64,000 bases of DNA from Candidatus Methylomirabilota bacterium (GTDB lineage: Bacteria; Methylomirabilota; Methylomirabilia; Methylomirabilales; CSP1-5): contig VRUN01000001.1 of assembly GCA_019456075.1 (NCBI GenBank), positions 1,561-65,560 of the forward strand, given 5' to 3'. The notes beneath the pieces were generated by a model. That model was not told where the DNA came from. It was given only the letters and a program-made list of their open reading frames with translations, and ran no database searches. Each line of letters opens with the position of its first letter. The first letter of the stretch is position 1. Both the position numbers and the translations under genes were made by a program. Shown in pieces: positions 35,516-45,038 of this stretch.

Positions 35516-36583
35516 TCACACAGCGTTCGATCGGGCCGCGATCCAATCGCCCAGGGCCGGCCAGAGGAATTGTGAGGCCACCCCCCCCGACACAATCCCC
35601 ACATGACCACTAGGGAGGACGACGACCTGCTTCTCGGCGCTTGAAACCAAGTCTTGCAGAATCGTGGCTGAGTCCGGAGGGCAGATGTGGTCCTTCGCCG
35701 CGGCAATAATCAGCAGCGCGGAGGTGATCCTCTTCAGGTCGACGAGCTGGCCACCGACCTCCATTTTGTTTTGACAGAGGAGGTTTTCCTGATAGCAGTC
35801 CCGGATATACTTCCTGAAGGCTTCCCCTGGGAAAGGGATGGTATCGTTGACCCAGGTCTCCATCGCAAAGAACTGTTCCACAAAATCATTGTCGTGGAGC
35901 TTATCGGCAAGGCTCACGAGTTTGGAGAACTGGTTCATCGGCTTCAACATCGTGAAGACTCCCTGCATCAGATGGGGCGGGACGTTGCCTAGGACGTCGA
36001 CAACCTTGTCTACGTTGAAATATTCCTTCTTGGTCCAGAGGCTGAGCAGGCCGCTATCGTGGAAATTCACCGGCGCCGTCAAGGTAATCAGGTTTTTCAC
36101 CACGTTGGGATAGAAGCTGGCGTAGATGACTGTCATGGTGCCGCCCATGCAGTATCCCAGCAGGGAAACCCGCTTTGCCTTGGACACCTTCTTCATCTGT
36201 TTGACCACGTTGTGGAGATACACAGTAATGTAGTGATCCCATGTCAGGATCCGGTCCTCACTCCCGGGGACCCCCCAGTCGAGCATGTAGACGTCGATGC
36301 CGCGACCGAGGAGGTACTCGACGAGACTTCTCCCCGGTTTTAGATCCAGGACGTAATATCGGTTGATCATCGCCGGGACCATGAGCAGAGGGATGGGGGA
36401 GACCTTCTTGGTTACCGGGCGGTAGCGGAGCACGCGGAGCTTGTTCTCCTCATAGACGACATCGTGGGGGGTTGTGCCGACCTCAACCTCCGGAGGACTG
36501 AGAACCATCTCCATCGCCTTTTCGACCCGGCGTTCAGCCTTCTCGAAGTCGTCCCTCAACCGCCGCTGCAGGTCCTCTGCCAT
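35516..36583 (-). CDS. phaC: Class III-type PHA synthase catalytic subunit PhaC
   Basis: 355 aa alpha/beta hydrolase with lipase-box variant LLGYCMGG (GxCxG). N-terminus typical of the short PhaC class. Confidence 0.85.
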   Translation of the reverse strand: MAEDLQRRLRDDFEKAERRVEKAMEMVLSPPEVEVGTTPHDVVYEENKLRVLRYRPVTKKVSPIPLLMVPAMINRYYVLDLKPGRSLVEYLLGRGIDVYMLDWGVPGSEDRILTWDHYITVYLHNVVKQMKKVSKAKRVSLLGYCMGGTMTVIYASFYPNVVKNLITLTAPVNFHDSGLLSLWTKKEYFNVDKVVDVLGNVPPHLMQGVFTMLKPMNQFSKLVSLADKLHDNDFVEQFFAMETWVNDTIPFPGEAFRKYIRDCYQENLLCQNKMEVGGQLVDLKRITSALLIIAAAKDHICPPDSATILQDLVSSAEKQVVVLPSGHVGIVSGGVASQFLWPALGDWIAARSNAV

Positions 36584-36669
36584 CCGAACGCCTCCTGGAA
36601 GTCTTCACGGGTCCCTGAGGACCCGTGAAGAGACTGCTCTTTCCTTTGGCCGCCGACTCGGTCCGCCGA

Positions 36670-37851
36670 TCAGATGCGTTCTACCACCAAGGCGTTCCCT
36701 TCTCCGCCGCCGGCCCCCATGGTGGCCACACCGTATCGCAAACCCCGGTCCTCGAGGGCGTACAAGAGCGTCACGAAGATCCTGGTCCCGCAGGCCCCGA
36801 TCGGATGCCCGATCGCGATGGATCCCCCGTGGACGTTGATCTTCGCGTTCTCTATCTTCAGTTCGCGCTCGCAGCCGACGACCTTGATGGCGAAGGCCTC
36901 GTTGATTTCGAATAGGTCGATCTCTTCCATCTTGAGCTCAGCCTTCTGTACTGCATTTCGCGTCGCCGGGACGGGACTAATGGCCATAATGGCCGGTTCG
37001 ACGTTGCCATGGGCCCAGGAGCGGATGAGGTACCACGGCTTCAGGCCCAACTCTTTTGCCTTGCGCATGGACATGACGACGACAGCCGCCGCCCCATCGG
37101 TGATCCCCGAAGAATTCCCCGCCGTGACCGTCCCCCCCTTCTGAAAGCTTGGCTTAAGCTTTGCCAGCTTCTCCATGGTGGTGTCGGGTCGCGGATGCTC
37201 GTCCTGGGTCAAGAGGACTGGATCGCCCTTTGATTGGGGGACGGAAACCGGAATAATCTCCTCCTTGAATTTCCCCGCCTTCATCGCTTCGGCTGCCCGC
37301 TGCTGGCTCACGAAGGCTTGGTAGTCCTGATCCTCCCGGCTGATCTGGAATCTTTCTGCCATCATGTCGGCAAGGGCACCCATGCGTTCCCCGGTTCCGG
37401 GACAGGTGAGTCCGTCATGGATCATGTGATCCAGGGCCTCGAAGGAGCCCATCCGATGCCCCCAGCGGGCCTGGGGGATCATGAAGGGGGTCCGGCTCAT
37501 GTTCTCCATCCCCCCGGCCACAACAACTTCGGCTGTACCTGCCCAGATTGCCTGGGCGGCCAGTCCCACCGTCTCGATCCCGGTGACACTTGCCTTATTG
37601 ACCGTATAGCTCGAGACCGCGGTGGGAAGCCCCGCCTCCAGCATCGCTTTCCGTGCCGGCCCCAAACCCAGGGTGGCCTGAAGCGCGCTGCCCATGATTA
37701 CCCACTCGACCTGCGTCGGCTTCAGGTTGGCCCGCTTGATAGCCTCATTGATGACGACGGCCCCGAGTTTGGTCGCGGAGATGTCCTTCAAGCTTCCGCC
37801 AAACTTCCCGACCGGAGTCCTCGCTGCACTGACGACCACCGCTTGTTCCAT
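36670..37851 (-). CDS. Acetyl-CoA C-acetyltransferase (thiolase II)
   Basis: MEQAVVVSAARTPVGKFGGSL...VNKASVTG...NVHGGSIAIGHPIGACG. ATG 37851 after AAGGAG; the ORF-track start is an extension. Confidence 0.93.
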   Translation of the reverse strand: MEQAVVVSAARTPVGKFGGSLKDISATKLGAVVINEAIKRANLKPTQVEWVIMGSALQATLGLGPARKAMLEAGLPTAVSSYTVNKASVTGIETVGLAAQAIWAGTAEVVVAGGMENMSRTPFMIPQARWGHRMGSFEALDHMIHDGLTCPGTGERMGALADMMAERFQISREDQDYQAFVSQQRAAEAMKAGKFKEEIIPVSVPQSKGDPVLLTQDEHPRPDTTMEKLAKLKPSFQKGGTVTAGNSSGITDGAAAVVVMSMRKAKELGLKPWYLIRSWAHGNVEPAIMAISPVPATRNAVQKAELKMEEIDLFEINEAFAIKVVGCERELKIENAKINVHGGSIAIGHPIGACGTRIFVTLLYALEDRGLRYGVATMGAGGGEGNALVVERI

Positions 37852-37897
37852 CGCCCACTCCTTTGCCAGGCCCATCCATCGCCCAGGCCATCTACCC

Positions 37898-39568
37898 CTA
37901 GAGGCCCGTCGGCGGCTTATACTCTCCAAAGACCTCCCGCAGCAGGCCGCAGATCTCGCCGATCGTCGCATACGCCTTGACCGCATCCAAGATAGGCTCC
38001 ATCAGGTTCTCCCCACCAAGAGCGGCTTCCCGGAGTCGGATCAGGGCCTGCCCCACGGCTTGGCTACTGCGCCGGGCCCGAACCGCGGCGAGCTTCGCCA
38101 TCTGATTCGCGGCTGCCTCGGGGTTCACACGAAAGATTGGGGTGCGCTGCTCCTCGCTGTCGCTGAAGCGGTTCACCCCCACAATGACCCGTTTGCTGTC
38201 CTCAACCTCACGCTGGAACCGGTACGCTTCCTCCTGGATTGTTCGCTGCATATAGCCACGCTCGATGGACGGAACAGATCCACCCATCGCCTCGATCTCT
38301 TCGAGAATTTCCCAGGCCTTTTGCTCCAGCTGATCAGTGAGGGCCTCAACGTGGTAGGAGCCCGCCAGCGGGTCCACGGTATCGACGACGCCGGTCTCAT
38401 AGGCGATGATCTGCTGCGTCCTGAGGGCGATGCGCTGGGCCTCCTCGGTCGGAATGGCTAATGCTTCATCGAAGCAGCTGAGCGCCATTGACTGTACACC
38501 GCCCAAGACCGCCGCGAGGGCTTGCAAGGCCGCCCGGACAATGTTGTTTTCCGGTTGCTGCGCCGTCAGCGTCGAGCCGCCAGTCTGGGTGTGCGTCCGA
38601 AACATCCAGGACCGAGGATCTTTAGCCTGAAACCGCTCCCGCATCAGCTTCGCCCACATCCGCCGTAAGGCCCGGTACTTGGCAACCTCCTCGAAGAAAT
38701 CGTTGTGCGTGTTGAAAATCCAAGAGAGGCGCGGGGCAAACTCGTCAACCGCGATACCCTGTTGTCGAACCGCCTCGACATAGGCGATGGCGTTGGCAAA
38801 GGTAAAAGCCATCTCTTGGGCGGCGGAGGCACCGGCATCACGGATATGGTACCCGCTGATGCTGATGGGGTTCCACCGGGGGATATGTTTTGCACAGTAC
38901 ACGATCAGGTCGGCCGCGAGGCGAAGCGAGGGACCCGGCGGAAAGATGTAGGTCCCCCGAGCGACATACTCCTTCAGCACATCATTCTGGACTGTTCCAG
39001 CCAGCCGCTCCCTCGACACCTGCTGCGTATCGCCGACGGCGATGTACATCGCAACCAGGATCGCCGCCGGGGCGTTGATGGTCATCGAGGTGGTGACCCG
39101 ATCCAGGGGAATGCCGTTGAAGAGGGTCTCCATATCGGCCAGAGAGTCGATGGCCACTCCGACCTGCCCGACTTCCCCCTCCGCCAGGGGGTCATCCGTG
39201 TCCAGGCCCATCTGGGTGGGGAGGTCAAAGGCGACACTCAAACCGGTCTGTCCCTCTTTCAATAGGTACTGAAATCTCTCGTTGCTTTCCTCCGCCGTCC
39301 CCATTCCGGCGTACTGGCGCATCGTCCAAAGCTGGCCGCGGTACATCGTGGGGTAAATCCCCCGGGTGTAAGGGTACTGCCCCGGAAAACCCAAGCTGTC
39401 CACGACATCGAGATCGGCTGTTTCCTCCGGCGTATACAGACGATTCACCGGGATCCCCGACGAGGTGAAAAACTCTCCCCGCTCTTTGAACCGTGCCAGA
39501 GCAGGTTTCAAGACCTGCTCCTCCCAGGCTTTTTTGGCCTCGGCTATCCCCTTGTCCTTATCCGTCAT
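37898..39568 (-). CDS. Methylmalonyl-CoA mutase family, large (catalytic, TIM-barrel) subunit
   Basis: FPGQYPYTRGIYPTMYRGQLWTMRQYAGMGTAEESNERFQYLLKEGQTGLSVAFDLPTQMG. The Tyr in RQYAG is MCM-type. 556 aa without a B12-binding domain. Confidence 0.88.
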   Translation of the reverse strand: MTDKDKGIAEAKKAWEEQVLKPALARFKERGEFFTSSGIPVNRLYTPEETADLDVVDSLGFPGQYPYTRGIYPTMYRGQLWTMRQYAGMGTAEESNERFQYLLKEGQTGLSVAFDLPTQMGLDTDDPLAEGEVGQVGVAIDSLADMETLFNGIPLDRVTTSMTINAPAAILVAMYIAVGDTQQVSRERLAGTVQNDVLKEYVARGTYIFPPGPSLRLAADLIVYCAKHIPRWNPISISGYHIRDAGASAAQEMAFTFANAIAYVEAVRQQGIAVDEFAPRLSWIFNTHNDFFEEVAKYRALRRMWAKLMRERFQAKDPRSWMFRTHTQTGGSTLTAQQPENNIVRAALQALAAVLGGVQSMALSCFDEALAIPTEEAQRIALRTQQIIAYETGVVDTVDPLAGSYHVEALTDQLEQKAWEILEEIEAMGGSVPSIERGYMQRTIQEEAYRFQREVEDSKRVIVGVNRFSDSEEQRTPIFRVNPEAAANQMAKLAAVRARRSSQAVGQALIRLREAALGGENLMEPILDAVKAYATIGEICGLLREVFGEYKPPTGL

Positions 39569-39601
39569 CCCGATCGTCCTTCCGCCCCGAGACGTGCAAA
39601 G

Positions 39602-40759
39602 CTAACCTTCGACCAACCGCTTGCCGATGACGTCCCGCTGAATCTCGCTGGTTCCTTCGAAGACCCGAAACAGCCTGGCATCGCGCCAGTAGCGCTGGAT
39701 AGAATACTCTTTGGAGTAGCCGTAACCGCCGTGGACTTGCAAGGCCTCAGAGGCGACGCGTTCCACCATGTCCGCGGCAAACAGTTTGGCCATTCCGGCC
39801 TCAACGTCGCACCGGCGACCCGTGTCCTTCATCGTCGCTGCGTAATATGTAAGATGCCTCGCCGCCTGGATCTCAGTGGCCATGTCGGCCAACTTGTGAC
39901 GAATCGCCTGAAAGTTGGAAATCGGCTGCCCGAATTGGTACCGTTCCTTTGCATACTTCAACGCGAGATCGAATGCCCCCTGCGCCACGCCGACCGCCCG
40001 CGCCGCGGTCTGGATTCTTGCGGACTCGTACGCCGCCATGAGCTGGTAGAACCCTTTGTTCTCGACGCCACCAATCAGGTTCTCGGCCGGGACGGCGCAA
40101 TCCTGAAAGCCCAGAGTGAAGCAATGCATCCCGTGGTAGCCCACCGTGGGAATCGGTTCACCAGCGATCCGGGGAGGATCAAAGTCGTTCCCCGGCTCTT
40201 TCTCGACCAGGAAGAGGCTCAATCCCTTGTGGCGCTTCGCCGGATCAGGATCCGTCCTCGCCAAAACGGTAAGGACATGGGCGCAGTTAGCAAAGGTACA
40301 CCACGTCTTGGCCCCGCTCATGAGATAGCGATTCCCATCGCGCCGCGCCCGAGTCTTGATTCCCGCCGTATCGGAACCCGCATCTGGCTCGGTAAAGGCG
40401 GCAGCACTCAGAATTTCGCCTGAGGCAATTCCCGGCAGATACCGTTGCTTCTGCTCCTCGGTCCCGTGGGCCTGGATCAAAATGCCGGTGATGAGGTTAC
40501 GCGTGAGGACACTTCCCACACTCAGCCATCCCCGTGAAAGCTCTTCCGAAACGACGGCCAGTGCCACGTGGTCAAGGCCTGCGCCTCCACTCTCAGCCGG
40601 GAACACGAGACCAAAGTAGCCCAGCTCGGCCATCTTTTTGATGATCTCATCGGGGATTTCTTTCTCCTCCCGATCGAGCACGTCAGCGACGGGGAGGACT
40701 TCCTTCGCCACGAAATCCCGGACAGACCGACGAAGCTCCTCGTGAAACTCACTCAGCAT
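39602..40759 (-). CDS. Acyl-CoA dehydrogenase
   Basis: Full-length 385-aa ACAD with C-terminal ...YEGTSEIQRDVIGKRL. Confidence 0.92.
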   Translation of the reverse strand: MLSEFHEELRRSVRDFVAKEVLPVADVLDREEKEIPDEIIKKMAELGYFGLVFPAESGGAGLDHVALAVVSEELSRGWLSVGSVLTRNLITGILIQAHGTEEQKQRYLPGIASGEILSAAAFTEPDAGSDTAGIKTRARRDGNRYLMSGAKTWCTFANCAHVLTVLARTDPDPAKRHKGLSLFLVEKEPGNDFDPPRIAGEPIPTVGYHGMHCFTLGFQDCAVPAENLIGGVENKGFYQLMAAYESARIQTAARAVGVAQGAFDLALKYAKERYQFGQPISNFQAIRHKLADMATEIQAARHLTYYAATMKDTGRRCDVEAGMAKLFAADMVERVASEALQVHGGYGYSKEYSIQRYWRDARLFRVFEGTSEIQRDVIGKRLVEG

Positions 40760-41067
40760 CGGTTCTTCGCTCCGTAGGCGATGAGGGTCAGACCCTTACC
40801 AATCTCTGAGGCACCACCGATAAAAATAGCCACGGGAACCCTGATGTCTGCCCCGGTGGCTTCACAGACCCGTGGGAAAGGCGCCTTAACGGCCACCCCG
40901 CCGAGGGCAGAGACCGCTAAATCTTACTACCACGATGGAAGACATGAACCACGATTGCATGTTCGAGATGCGGGATGATCATTCGATGTGCCAAGAACAA
41001 ACACGGTTTCCTTACCACACAATTCTTCAGTTTGTCAAGCAAAAATCGAGATATGAGGAGCCAAGTG

Positions 41068-41685
41068 TTAGCGGAGAAGCCGCATCAGGAGCTGCTCGTA
41101 CTCCTCAAGAGGAACCGCCCCTACGATCGGCGGTCCCTCGCCGATGACGACGGTCGGGATGGCCCGCACGCCATACTGTGACACTGCCTGTTTATGTTCC
41201 TCTAAAATGCGGTTCCGCTGACTCCCGTGCTCGTAATCCTTGAGAAACTGTTCCATGTCCAGACCAGCCCGCCGGGCTACCTCGATCACTTCCGCAGGTT
41301 GTCCGATGTTGAGCCCCTCCTCAAAGAAGGCCCTGAAGAGGCTGAGGTGCATTCGCTCAAAGGCCTCGACCCCTTGCAGCTCGGCGCACTTGGCCGCCTC
41401 GAGCGCGGGCAGGCTCCACTGGGGGAAGTCGGACCGCGTCCACATCCGAAAGGCGATGCCCACATCCGCCGAAAGGGAAGACGCTTGTCTCCACGCGGCC
41501 TCGCGGTAGGTCCCTTGAAAGGCCGCCGTCGGATCCGGCTCTGGCCGCAGGGCGAAGCTCCACCGGTTGAGATGGATGCGGCCGGGATATCGCTCGTGAA
41601 GCCGCTGCAGGCGGACCGCCGCAGGATAACACCAGGGTCACAAGTAATCAGAGAACTCCAGGATTGGTAGGGGGCTTTCCGGCAT
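41068..41685 (-). CDS. DsbA/FrnE-family thiol-disulfide oxidoreductase, candidate selenoprotein (in-frame TGA at 41640-41638)
   Basis: Frame open from ATG 41685 to TAA 41068 apart from one TGA at codon 16. Translation MPESPLPILEFSDYL-U-PWCYPAAVRLQRL... puts the TGA at the first Cys of the FSDxxCPWCY motif. The ORF track only reports the 3' 131 codons. Confidence 0.65.
41605..41624 (-). promoter_or_regulatory. SECIS-like hairpin 3' of the in-frame UGA
   Basis: mRNA CUGCGGC-GGUCC-GCC(U)GCAG: 7 bp GC-rich stem, one bulged U, apical loop GGUCC starting 21 nt after the UGA. Confidence 0.45.
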
Positions 41686-41729
41686 GATAGCTGATTATAC
41701 CGAGGTCCTCACACGGCGTCCACCGGAGA

Positions 41730-42869
41730 TCATCGTGCGTCCCGCAACCGGTACGAGATGGGGACCCGGATCGTGCCGCGAATCGGTGGGAAGGGCGCGG
41801 CGCGCTTGATGGTCTCCACCGAGGCTTGATCCAAGACGGGAAATCCGGAGGACTTCACCACCGTCACGCCTTCGACGGTCCCATCGCCGGCAATTCGAAA
41901 CTGTACCTCCGCGATCCCCTCTATTCGCAGCCGCCGTGCTCGGGCCGGATACCGCTTGGCGCCTTCGATCCTCCGGAGCAAAAGAACCCGCCAGTCTCCT
42001 CCTCCCCTCCCGATGCCTTCCCCTCTCCCCATCCAGGAACCGCCTTCAATCATCCCCCGAAAGCCCTTTCCATCCCCTTCGCCGGGGTCCGACCCCGAGT
42101 CACCTCTGCCCCCGACCCCGCTTTCCGGGCGGTGTTCCCCTGCCGGCAAGCCGTCGCCCCTTTTTTCCGACTCGGCCCCTGTCGAATCCTTTCCTGTACT
42201 CCCCTCGAGACGACCCCGTTCCTCGGCCGGTGTGGATGGGTTGGGGGACTCGCCTCCGGAGATCTCCTGGAAGGGGACTCGAGGAACCACCGTGAATACG
42301 GCCTTCGCGAGGAGTGAGGGGATCGGAGACGTTGGCCGTTCTAGTTCCATCTGCGCAGGGTGAGGCTCGATGACAACGGATGAGCGTGGAGCAGATGCCG
42401 TCGTGGGCTCCTGGGCTGCGGTTTCGGGTTGCTCCCGTACCGTCGCAATCGGTTCCGGCGGCTTCGTCACGTCCTTCCGTGGAGACTCATGTGATGAGTC
42501 TTTCCTGCGGGCTCGCGGAGAAGCTGACCGATCCGCAGGAGCCCGTCCCTGACGCGAGCGAACCTCTGACGCCCTCGTGCCACTCGCCACACGCTCGCCC
42601 AGAGACCTACTCTGTCTCACCCGCCCCGAGCCGGATGCTCCCCCACCCCCGGGAACGCCACCCACGAGCCAGACCCCTACTGCTCCCTGACCAGGGACGA
42701 GCGGGACCACACCCCACCAGAGCACGAGGAGGAAGATCACCGCGTGAAGAATGAGAGAAGAGATCCACGCATGCGAATGGTGGCGTAGCCAACGGGCCCA
42801 GTTGCGGATCGAAAGCCGCCTCGTTCCGTTCCAACTATTTGTGCCAACTTTATCGCTGCACTCGCTCAT
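41730..42869 (-). CDS. TonB family energy transducer
   Basis: N-terminal TM (WISSLILHAVIFLLVLWWG), long Pro/Ser/Gly/Glu-rich spacer, TonB C-terminal domain (RIEGIAEVQFRIAGDGTVEGVTVVKSSGFPVLDQASVETIKRA). ATG 42869 chosen to avoid overlap with the receptor gene. Confidence 0.8.
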   Translation of the reverse strand: MSECSDKVGTNSWNGTRRLSIRNWARWLRHHSHAWISSLILHAVIFLLVLWWGVVPLVPGQGAVGVWLVGGVPGGGGASGSGRVRQSRSLGERVASGTRASEVRSRQGRAPADRSASPRARRKDSSHESPRKDVTKPPEPIATVREQPETAAQEPTTASAPRSSVVIEPHPAQMELERPTSPIPSLLAKAVFTVVPRVPFQEISGGESPNPSTPAEERGRLEGSTGKDSTGAESEKRGDGLPAGEHRPESGVGGRGDSGSDPGEGDGKGFRGMIEGGSWMGRGEGIGRGGGDWRVLLLRRIEGAKRYPARARRLRIEGIAEVQFRIAGDGTVEGVTVVKSSGFPVLDQASVETIKRAAPFPPIRGTIRVPISYRLRDAR

Positions 42870-42922
42870 GTCCCTTGCACCAAGGCAGGCCACCGAAGTC
42901 GGCTTATCAAGATGGAACGGCA

Positions 42923-45007
42923 CTACTCATAGAACCCCGACAATTCCAAAACGGCGCCTGCCAGGAAGCTAATCCCGGGAGCTGGCATAAAGCGCGGGCC
43001 AAACGCAAGACCCCACGTTTCATATTCACTATTTGTAATGTTATTTCCCTGCAGGAAGAGGGTAAGCGGTCCCCACCGGTACCGTACTTTCCCGTTCATC
43101 ACGTAATAGGCAGGCAGTGGCTGCCCCTGGTTCGCCTCGTCCCCCGAGAGAAACTGCGAACCCACGTACAGACCGGTGAGCGACACCGTCAGGCCCTCGA
43201 TCGGATAGACGTTCACCCCCCAGCCGACGCGATTCCGCGGGACGAGGGGAATGTCATTTCCTTCGCGGGCCAGCCCCGAGACTAATAACGCGTCGGTCTC
43301 GAAGGTCGCCTGGATATAGGAATAGTTGACAAACCCGTCAACCAGCTCCCCGTATCGTCCCCGCAGCGTCAGCTCAACCCCCCGACGCCGAGTCTCATCC
43401 ACGTTCTCATTCATCCCGGTGAACGGACCGGTGGGCACGAACAAGATTTCATCTTTCACATCGGTCTGAAAAAGCGCCATCGTTCCCTGAAAGGACTCTC
43501 CCACGCGCACCCGTGTCCCCAGTTCGAAGGTGCGGGATGTGGGTGCCTCCAGGGTCGGGTTCGACGAAAAGGGAGCAAAAGCGAAAAGTTCATTCACCGT
43601 CGGGCTGCGGGATCCCTCCGAGTAACTGAAATAGACCACGACCTCCGGATCCGGATTCGTCGCAACCCAGGTCAATCCCGCCATGGGATTGAATCGTCCG
43701 AAGGTCCGGAGGCGATCCTTCGTGGGGTCGAGCTTATCGCTGAAGTCAATCCTGTCATAGTCGTAACGTCCCCCGGCGCTGAGGATGAGGACTTCCGGGA
43801 TAAGATCGAAGCTGTCTTGGAAGAAGACGCCCAGGGTCTTCCCGTCGGTCTCCTGGTCGCTCGGAAAGGTGCCGGAGTCAGTGCCCATAGTGTCGCTCTG
43901 CGTATACTCAACGCCGACCACAAAGACGTTCCGACGATCGAAGGGGGTCGCCTCGTGTGTCACTTGGGCTATTCCGCCGCCGGTGGTGATGTCGGTCTTA
44001 GTCTGACTTGTCCCCCCACTGAGGAAGACATCAAAGCTATCCTGCTGCACATTCCGGATGAAGGCGTTGAGCGCGACTGAAAAGCCAGCCGGAAGATTCT
44101 GTCGCACGTTAAGGGTGCCTGCGTGAAGCGTGCGCTCGATGGAGTCGCCCGGGGGCAGGTTGGCGCTCTGGGTCCGGTCCTGCGCCAATTGAGCTTCCGT
44201 GAGGGAGCCAGGCCGCCCCAGGCTATCGTCCACGAAGAGGTAGGACAGGGTGACGTCGGTCCCCGGATTGCCAATGCGGCGGCCGACCTTGGTAAAGAAC
44301 TGTGTCACATCGGAGTCGGAGTCGTCCCGGAAACCGTCCGCCAGCTCTTGGGTAAATCCGAGGTAGTAGTCGAAGTCCCCGACGGGACCGCCGACACTCC
44401 CCCGATATCGCTGGTGGCCAAAACTGCCGCCGGCCACCTCGAACGTGGCCTCGGGCACCGGTCCTCCCCGCTTCGTCTGCAGATTGACGACCCCCGCCAA
44501 GGTGTTCCTTCCAAAGATGGACTGGGTCCCGGGAATGACTTGAATCCCTTGTAGGTCTTTCACCGGGATCAGACTCCAGTCAACGGAGTTGAGTCCGGGG
44601 TTGTTGACGCGGACCCCGTCGAGGATCACCGTGGTCGTCGTGATCGGTTCACCGCTGAAGCCCCGCATGTCCAGGGTCGGTTCAAAGGAATTCCCGGTGA
44701 GGTTGTACAGGGTAATCCCAGGCTCAGTCTTGATGATCTCTGGAACCGTGTCTGCCCCTGACGTCTCGATCTCCTTCTCGGTCACGGAGCGGACCTGCCC
44801 CGGATACCGGCGGAGATCGAGGGGGACGTCCGGAAGGCGCGTCGTGGAGACGGTCACCCTAGGAAGCTGGACGACTTCCTCTCCCTCATTGGTTTTCTGT
44901 TCTTTGGTTTTCTCTTCCCCGGACTTTTCCTGGGCCGAGGCCGCCCCGACCAGCAATCCGATCACCACCACGCAAAGCAGCCAAGTCCTAAAAGCATTGG
45001 AACCCAT
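42923..45007 (-). CDS. TonB-dependent outer-membrane receptor (BtuB-like by riboswitch context)
   Basis: Signal peptide, TonB-box-like VVQLPRVTVS, plug domain and long beta-barrel. Cobalamin riboswitch in the 5' leader. Confidence 0.9.
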   Translation of the reverse strand: MGSNAFRTWLLCVVVIGLLVGAASAQEKSGEEKTKEQKTNEGEEVVQLPRVTVSTTRLPDVPLDLRRYPGQVRSVTEKEIETSGADTVPEIIKTEPGITLYNLTGNSFEPTLDMRGFSGEPITTTTVILDGVRVNNPGLNSVDWSLIPVKDLQGIQVIPGTQSIFGRNTLAGVVNLQTKRGGPVPEATFEVAGGSFGHQRYRGSVGGPVGDFDYYLGFTQELADGFRDDSDSDVTQFFTKVGRRIGNPGTDVTLSYLFVDDSLGRPGSLTEAQLAQDRTQSANLPPGDSIERTLHAGTLNVRQNLPAGFSVALNAFIRNVQQDSFDVFLSGGTSQTKTDITTGGGIAQVTHEATPFDRRNVFVVGVEYTQSDTMGTDSGTFPSDQETDGKTLGVFFQDSFDLIPEVLILSAGGRYDYDRIDFSDKLDPTKDRLRTFGRFNPMAGLTWVATNPDPEVVVYFSYSEGSRSPTVNELFAFAPFSSNPTLEAPTSRTFELGTRVRVGESFQGTMALFQTDVKDEILFVPTGPFTGMNENVDETRRRGVELTLRGRYGELVDGFVNYSYIQATFETDALLVSGLAREGNDIPLVPRNRVGWGVNVYPIEGLTVSLTGLYVGSQFLSGDEANQGQPLPAYYVMNGKVRYRWGPLTLFLQGNNITNSEYETWGLAFGPRFMPAPGISFLAGAVLELSGFYE

Positions 45008-45038
45008 GGAACACCTCCCCTTCCGCGAAAGTGATGTT

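Noticed and set aside
40979-40994. Sigma54-like TTGGCAC-ATCGA-ATGA (minus strand) upstream of the acd operon.
   Set aside because: The -12 element reads GA instead of GC. This is only a partial match.
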